Source: Octopus vulgaris (Eukaryota). From it: DNA of 64,000 nt. The translations under genes and the position numbers were made by a program. This document shows, in pieces, positions 54,191-64,000 of this stretch. The notes under the pieces are model-generated. The model made no database searches and was not told where the DNA came from. It saw only the letters and a list, made by a program, of their open reading frames with translations. Numbering within the stretch: the stretch's first letter is position 1; each line of letters starts with the position of its first letter. The DNA lies in contig OX597816.1 of NCBI GenBank assembly GCA_951406725.2, forward strand, positions 7,378,001 to 7,442,000. Direction: 5' to 3'.

Positions 54191-54900
54191 CACGAACCCA
54201 CAACAAACACACTTACACCTGCACACACTGTACACATACTTTTACCCAGATATTAACACCATGACACACGCAAATATATGGTTCCACACATACACATAAT
54301 TGGATACGGGTGCAAAACATCCAACACTATTTTTTGGAAATGACTGTAAATATTGACTTCACACAAACACGTTGCTTCCCGATACAGGCACAAGGCCAGC
54401 AGAACTATAAATATTGAAAATTGTACCCACACACGCACACATATATAGACGCGCGCGCGCCCCAACATACATATAAACACACACACACACACGCGCGCGC
54501 GCACACATACATACATATAGCTCTTCCTGTCCTAAACGAACTTACTTATCCAGCTCAAATTCAGTCAAGCGGAAAATACACTCCCTAACTACGCGCTAAA
54601 AAGCTATTTAAAATATCCACATGACGTCTACTGACCAGCCTGAACAATCAGAATTTTCAACAACGCTATTTTCGAAAATTCTAAACATTCACGTGACCTC
54701 TCTATTATGACCACATCCACGTGACCTCTTTATTATAACCAATAAGAAATTTTAGGCGCGACACTAGCCAAATTCTAACTTCTCTGGAGCCTTTTTTCTT
54801 ACCCTAACACCAACTTCCATTCAAACATTCACGTGACCCCTTCATAATGACCAATCAAAATTGTATATATATAATTGTATATATATAAAATTGTATATAT

Positions 54901-54939
<39 letters not shown>

Positions 54940-55302
54940 AAGAAGCATTATAGAACAAACATTGAATTTAGGTCAGCGACTTTATATACAACACCACCCC
55001 TCAAACATTTATAAAAATCACCAAGGTCTACAAGCATAAAAAAATAATACATATACATAAAATCACAGAATGTAAAAATATATACATTCTAATAAAATAC
55101 AAATAGACCGGTTTATCAAAAGTTAAAAATAATGACTAAAAGTTCAAAACTATCAAAAAGTCTAATAAATAAAGATAAAAATAAAATAAAAATATCTTCG
55201 TCTCATTTATATTTGAGCAGATCTTTTGCAGTCCTATAAACCCTTTTGTTTCTATAATAAGAGATAAATATAATTTCTTTTGTGTCTGTATATATCATCA
55301 CA

Positions 55303-55598
55303 TCATCATCATGTGACCGACCAGTCCATCCGATGTAGTTACACATCGCTGGTCACAATGCGTTCGCATTGTTTTAGCCTTTGAATGACGCCACCCCGTT
55401 GGCTAAGCGAGCAGGCCAACAGAAGAAAGAGTGGGAGAAAGAGTGGTGAAAGAGTACAGCAGGAATCACCACCCCCTGCCGGAGCCTCGTGGAGCTTTTA
55501 GGTGTTTTCGCTCAATAAACACTCACAACGCCCGGTCTGGGAATCGAAACCGCGATCCTACGACCGCGAGTCCGCTGCCCTAACCACTAGGCCATTGC
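55303..55598 (-). mobile_element. SINE family C (duplicate)
   Basis: Copy of 53175-53470. Confidence 0.9.
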
Positions 55599-55599
55599 A

Positions 55600-56318
55600 A
55601 GCAGGGATTACCCCACGTCACTAATTGACAATGGGATCCAACGCGCCCTAAAACTCAGCACACAGGAACTTAGACGCCCTAAACCTGTTACATCGAAACC
55701 CCATACTCTACCATACATCTCTACACACAACCCCTCAACAATGAAGCTTTTGACACCATCCTCCAGAACATTCCTGTATTAAAAAAAGACCATAGAATGA
55801 ACCAAATCCTCCTAACACACGAAATCATAAAGAGCAAAAGGCAACCCAAATCATTGAAAACCATCCTAACAAATGCCAAAGTACTGCCAACCACAACAAC
55901 TAAACCCACAGTAAACAAATGCAATAGACTCAACTGTGGTATATGCATCAACCTAATAGAAGGTCCGGAATTCCTTTTTAAACAAGAACAACGTTTCACA
56001 GTAAAACACAACTTCACATGCGCATCAGAAAACCTAGTATATGTCTTAACTTGCTCGGGCTGTAATGAACACTACATAGGCCAAACTAAAAATAGCCTCC
56101 GCCAACGCATGACTGTCCACAGATCCCAAATAAAAATACAGGAATACAGAAAAATAGCACTTAGTGCACATATTGATACCTGTACCGCACAACTTCATCC
56201 CAATTTTAGAATCTTTCCCCTCTACAAATTTAAAGACAATGCCACTCATACCCAGCGAATAACCATGGAATCCCACCTTATTAATAAATACAGACCACTT
56301 CTAAACACATCCCCCTAA
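55600..56318 (+). pseudogene. Duplicate PLE GIY-YIG fragment; 3' UTR runs to about 57225
   Basis: Identical 173-aa ORF at 55797-56318. Confidence 0.9.
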
Positions 56319-57225
56319 CACGAACCCACAACAAACACACTTACACCTGCACACACTGTACACATACTTTTACCCAGATATTAACACCATGACACACGCA
56401 AATATATGGTTCCACACATACACATAATTGGATACGGGTGCAAAACATCCAACACTATTTTTTGGAAATGACTGTAAATATTGACTTCACACAAACACGT
56501 TGCTTCCCGATACAGGCACAAGGCCAGCAGAACTATAAATATTGAAAATTGTACCCACACACGCACACATATATAGACGCGCGCGCGCCCCAACATACAT
56601 ATAAACACACACACACACACGCGCGCGCGCACACATACATACATATAGCTCTTCCTGTCCTAAACGAACTTACTTATCCAGCTCAAATTCAGTCAAGCGG
56701 AAAATACACTCCCTAACTACGCGCTAAAAAGCTATTTAAAATATCCACATGACGTCTACTGACCAGCCTGAACAATCAGAATTTTCAACAACGCTATTTT
56801 CGAAAATTCTAAACATTCACGTGACCTCTCTATTATGACCACATCCACGTGACCTCTTTATTATGACCAATAAGAAATTTTAGGCGCGACACTAGCCAAA
56901 TTCTAACTTCTCTGGAGCCTTTTTTCTTACCCTAACACCAACTTCCATTCAAACATTCACGTGACCCCTTCATAATGACCAATCAAAATTGTATTGACCA
57001 TTGTCCACAAGAAATTTTAGGCGCGAAACCAAGCAAATCTTAAACAACTCTGGAGCCTCTTTTTTCACATATAAGAGACAGCAAACCCAACATAAAGTCA
57101 GATAAGAGGAAAAAATCTATCTTTTGATAAGCATAACAAATACGCAACCGGTAAAAAGAACTTTCACCTAATTAAATTACTTAAATTACTTAAATTATTT
57201 TGTCAGCATTTTCTTCATTTCCTTT

Positions 57226-57284
<59 letters not shown>

Positions 57285-57303
57285 GTATGTATATATATAT
57301 ATA

Positions 57304-59113
<1,810 letters not shown>

Positions 59114-59133
59114 TATATATATATATATATATA

Positions 59134-60645
59134 TAATCGAAATGCTCTGTGGTTAATTCTAAGGAAAATAGGTTGCCCAGAAAAATTTTGTAAACATGAT
59201 CAGGTCTTTGCATCAAGATATGAAAGCTAGAGTTAATTTTGGTGGTAGGCTCTCTGAATCTTTTGCTGTGGAAAATGGAGTAAAGCAAGGAGACCTTGAT
59301 GCACCCACTCTCTTTGCAATATACTTTGCTGTTGTGCTGTCACACGCTTTTCAAAACTCTGAAGAGGGGTATTTACATAAAATATCGAACAACAGGCAAT
59401 GCTTTTAATCCGACCAGACTGAAATTCAAAATGAAGGTTTTTACTTCCCTCATTAGGGAACTTTTATACGCTGACGATTGCCATCTTGTCAGATATTCTG
59501 AAACAGGTCTGCAAACTCTTGTATCTGCATTTGACTCAGCTTGTGATGATTTTGGCTTGACCATCAACTTGAAAAAACATAGTTGTAATGTATCAATCTG
59601 CACGTGGGACTGTTTGTAACCCCACTAAAATTTTTGTTAAGGGTAAGTTACTTGAGGTTGTTCATTCGTTCATCTGCCTTAGAAGCTCTGTACAAAATGA
59701 TGGAAGTCTTGATACAGAAATACATCTGCGAATTCAAAGGGCAGCACAAGCATTTGGTGACTTGGAGTCACGCGTTTGGCGCCAGTGAGACATAAATAAC
59801 AATACGAAGCTGGCTCTTTACAAATCATTTGTCTTACCATCTCTATTGTATTCTTGTGAAACATGGACATATTATGAATGCCTTCATCGCATTTTAATCA
59901 TTAAATGGAGTTCTCTTACTCCAAACACAGATGTCCTTGCATCTGTAGGCATCATCTCAACTAAAGCTATGATTTTAAGGAGCCAAATGAAATGGCGTAG
60001 CCATATTGTTTGAATGACGGATGAACGCACACCCAAACAGCTGTTTTATGAGCTTACAGAGGGGAAATGCTATCGGCGTAAACCTAAAAAAAGGATTAAG
60101 GATGGCATAAGAACTACTATGAAGTCACTTGGAATGAATCCAGAAGACATAGAAACCCTTGCTTCGGATCGAGCTGGGCGGCGAACAAAAGTGTGGAGTG
60201 GAGTGAAAGCGTTTGAAGAGGCCAGGGTAACGCATGCAAGACTCAAAAAGAATGTAACGATTGAGAAGGTGAATCGCAATGACCTTGTTTGTGCGCACAG
60301 TTTGTGACAGACCATGCCTGTCTTTTACTAAGCTCAAATCTCATTTGCGAACCCATGGAAAGCGAACCTCCACCAACTATTCTGCCTATATGCCTGTGCA
60401 CACCTTTGAATGCAGTGTATGCCAGAAGGTTTGCAAATCGAACGGGGCCCTCAAACGACACTTTAAGATCCACAAAGATCAGAACTTATCTGCAGCTCTT
60501 GGTGGTCCAAATTGGATGTGCAGTCTGTGTAGGTGTCTTTTCAATATATTTTCTGGTTTAAGAAGTCACATCAGACGCCATGATGGTGCTAAGGTGTAGG
60601 TACAGGCGGGAGTCAAACTCTGCATAAGAAGGAGACAACCACCAT
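59134..60645 (+). mobile_element. 5'-truncated RTE-clade LINE with C-terminal C2H2 zinc fingers
   Basis: GVKQGDLDAPTLF, ELLYADD, FGLTINLKK and RTPKQLFYEL, followed by three C2H2-type motifs. Multiple frameshifts. Confidence 0.9.
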
Positions 60646-61057
<412 letters not shown>

Positions 61058-61630
61058 TACACGTATTTACACACACACACACACACACAAGTGACGACCT
61101 TTAAGTTCGGTATCTTGGACAGAAATCTCTCTGGTTTTTATCTGTTTATGTATTAAGAAGGAATATATGTGGAAAGACGAACAAAATCAAGTGTGTGTGT
61201 ATATATATACCTTCCTCTCTTATCCGATACACGCACACACGTACATACACACGTATATATGTGTGTTAGTATTTATATACATGCATAGACACATAGCGAC
61301 ATGCAAACGCACAAACACACAACAGGGGACCGTAATGTTTGGATTATATCTTTAGGTTTCTGGGTCATGAGAAAACGGTAATGAAGTTATAAACATGGCA
61401 GCCGGTCAGGGGCAGATAATTCCCTTTTGCTACGAAAGAGGTTGGAGACAAAAATATAATGTCGGTTCAGTATGAAGATCTGATTAGTTGTAACCTAATT
61501 CTTGACATTTCAGGAGGAATAAGAAGAGTTCGTTATGTGATCAGGGGACAGCGTTTTGATTGATAAATGTCACGTCAAGGTCATGCCCTTTTCAATACAG
61601 CAAGTTGCATATTTGACGACAACAAACAAG

Positions 61631-61674
<44 letters not shown>

Positions 61675-61695
61675 TATATATATGTATACAATATA

Positions 61696-61739
<44 letters not shown>

Positions 61740-62089
61740 AATTATATGAATGTATGTATATATATATATCTGCTGACCTATTAAGGACAAATATTTTTTT
61801 ATGATCACAAAAGAATACAACGAAGATGAGTCAGTAGTCTAAAAATGCAATTAAACTATTCTCATGATACACCTCGGATACAATATATATATTCATATGT
61901 CGCCATGTGTGTGTGTGTGTGTGTGATTATTTTGCCAATAGAGAAAGAACCGGTTGCTAAATCTAGATCCAAGGCTCCTTCACTGGAATTTCACCAACAT
62001 CAACAAGGTATTTGTTTTTGTATGCATGTATCTGTGTAGTAATTGGAGTCAGTAATGCATGTGTGTGTGTGTGTATGTATATATGTATT

Positions 62090-62647
62090 ATGTCAGGTCA
62101 CTTCGAGTGCTACTGGTAATATGTAACCCAGTACAACCTGTTGCATGGTCGGGTCGTCGGCGACTAAACCGGCAACCCCACCAAGCTTGCTTGGTGAGGA
62201 GGGTGTTTATTGGACACCCCGCGGAATGAAAAACAAAACCCGTCAAAGGGCGGAGGAACTCTTGAGAGTCAACGGCCATCCAATAAATGTCTTAAGGCTG
62301 TATCATGCGCGGGGACATAGAAATAATCGGACTGAATACCCGATCGCGCGGTTAAACCATTGGGAGTGAAGGACTCCTAGCCTTTGTTAGGGCATCCTTC
62401 TGGGAGAAGGTAACTCAGGTAACTGGGATAACTCAGACATAAAACCTGCGGCTCAGTGGTTACCGATGATGTTGACTTGTTCTTCTTTTCGGATAATGGC
62501 TGCTGTTGCTTAGTGAGTGGGATTGACTCAGTGCACAGCCTTTCTTCGCTTTAAAAAAAAATCTTCTTGCACAAGCATTGCACGATAACAACATTGATTA
62601 AGCTTCGTGCAATGGCCATACTCGATAACGAGGAGGCAGCCACCATG
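62090..62647 (+). mobile_element. Non-coding repeat, probably an RTE-derived non-autonomous element, with (ATGT)n tail
   Basis: Second copy at 18690-19075 (minus). GTTAGGGCATCC..GGAGAAGGTAACTC resembles RTE 5' UTR motifs. Confidence 0.7.
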
Positions 62648-62701
62648 TATGTATGTATGTATGTATGTATGTATGTATGTATGTATGTATGTATGTATGT
62701 A

Positions 62702-62732
<31 letters not shown>

Positions 62733-62902
62733 ATGTATGTATGTATGTATGCATGTATGCATGTATGTATGTATGTATGCATGCATGCATGCATGTATGT
62801 ATGTATGTATGTATGTATGTATGTATGTATGCATGCATGTATGTATGCATGTATGTATGCATGCATGCATGTATGTATGTATGTATGTATGTATGTATGT
62901 AT
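62648..62902. repeat. (ATGT)n microsatellite
   Basis: Direct reading. Confidence 0.96.
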
Positions 62903-63287
62903 TTAACTTGTTGAATGGCGGATTGGAAGAATCATGAGAGCGTATGAGAAAATGCCTGACAATATTCTTTGTTCCAACTCTTTATCTTCTTAATTGAAAT
63001 CCTTTTGAAGTCATGCTCCTCCCTCTAGGGCTCAATATGCTCGACTATCCCCAGCTCCCATAAATTTCTGATCCTGCGCCTGCGTAAGATTCATATTTTC
63101 GACCAGCTACAACCACGAAGATTTTGTCAGTGGAAGGAGGACGGAAGCGATGTATATTTGAAGAACTCTGAGTCTAATGGGAAACGGGGAGGAAGTTTTG
63201 GTTTGACCTGGTCTAGATACTCCCATTAGAATGGACCCTGCTAAAACCAACGGAAGACCAAGTGATGCCTTAACCCTTATATATTGT

Positions 63288-63503
63288 AACTGGCAGAAAC
63301 GTTAGCACGCTGGGCGAAATGCGTAGCTGTATTTCGTCTGCCGTTACGTTCTGAGTTCAAATTCCGCCGAGGTCGACTTTGCCTTTCATCCTTTCGGGGC
63401 CGATAAATTAAGCACCAGTTACGCACTGGGGTCGACGTAATCCGTCTGTCTGTCCTTGTTTGTCCCCTCTGTGTTTAGCCTCTTGCGGGTAGTAAAGAAA
63501 TAT
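63288..63503 (+). mobile_element. SINE family D
   Basis: Family match. Confidence 0.88.
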
Positions 63504-64000
63504 ATATTGATTCAGTATTGTAAATACGTTCTAATATCTAGTTTTGCTTCATTTTAGTTCACTCGAGTCGACACTGTCATTCAGCAATTCAGACTTAGTA
63601 TAATACTTACCAGTGAAATACCTTGAGCACTTCATTGACTCCATCTTTCTATTTTTGAGGATTTCTTTGATAGTTCAGAGATATCTGAACTAAATGACGC
63701 CATCTTGGTTGCTAAATCTAAACAGAACAATTTGTAGAATCAGCAGTGATTTAGTAGCAAACATAGATTTCCATAACGAAACCTTATTCAAAATATCAAG
63801 GGAACATATTTCCCTTCAAATCTCTTTGGTGAGTTTGATATTTCCTCAGGAAAATAAAATATATTTCTAAATGTAAACACGGTTTATCGCAGTCGACAGA
63901 AGTACCATATGTTTATGCTAGGATTTTTTTCGCTAATATTTATAATTTTCTGTTGAATATTTATAAAACTACATATCTCTCCCATTGTTAAATGTATGTT

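Larger units (their letters stand above)
52765..56994 (+). repeat. Near-identical tandem duplication, period 2128 bp
   Basis: 52765-54866 versus 54893-56994 with only a few substitutions. Duplicated ORFs are offset by 2128. Confidence 0.95.

Noticed and set aside
57118-57160. Hammerhead-like remnant at the end of the Neptune-like 3' UTR
   Set aside because: The position is suggestive, but the core has at least three changes (TTGATAA, GCAAC), so it is not called.
60279-60599. Host C2H2 zinc-finger gene
   Set aside because: It is contiguous with the RTE ORF, frameshifted, and lacks TGEKP linkers.

Overview
AT-rich, repeat-saturated eukaryotic DNA, intronic or intergenic. The tRNA-derived SINE families and microsatellite profile match what I recognise from octopus (cephalopod) genomes; the organism call is an inference. 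No intact host gene is visible, and nearly all long ORFs in the track are microsatellite artefacts. Contents: about 35 SINE copies in four families; decayed LINEs (R4/Dong-like, CR1/L2-group, two RTE, one RTE ending in three C2H2 fingers); Penelope-like (PLE) GIY-YIG 3' fragments; a non-autonomous Helitron, a hAT remnant and a Tc1/mariner MITE; and large microsatellites including a 6.9-kb (CTTC)n tract. Main signal: about 16 type-I hammerhead ribozyme (HHR) motifs plus one unusual permuted candidate, all folded by hand. They sit in short non-coding elements, most bounded by (TA)n and several built as partial tandem or inverted repeats (PLE pseudo-LTR or retrozyme-like architecture). They include a 546-bp tandem unit with one HHR per unit, a 444-bp palindrome with a canonical HHR on each strand, a recurrent U4-to-C core variant, an HHR split by a Helitron, and a candidate hammerhead whose strands lie in a pseudoknotted, non-circularly permuted order (33016-33097). 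Ends of degenerate repeats are approximate.
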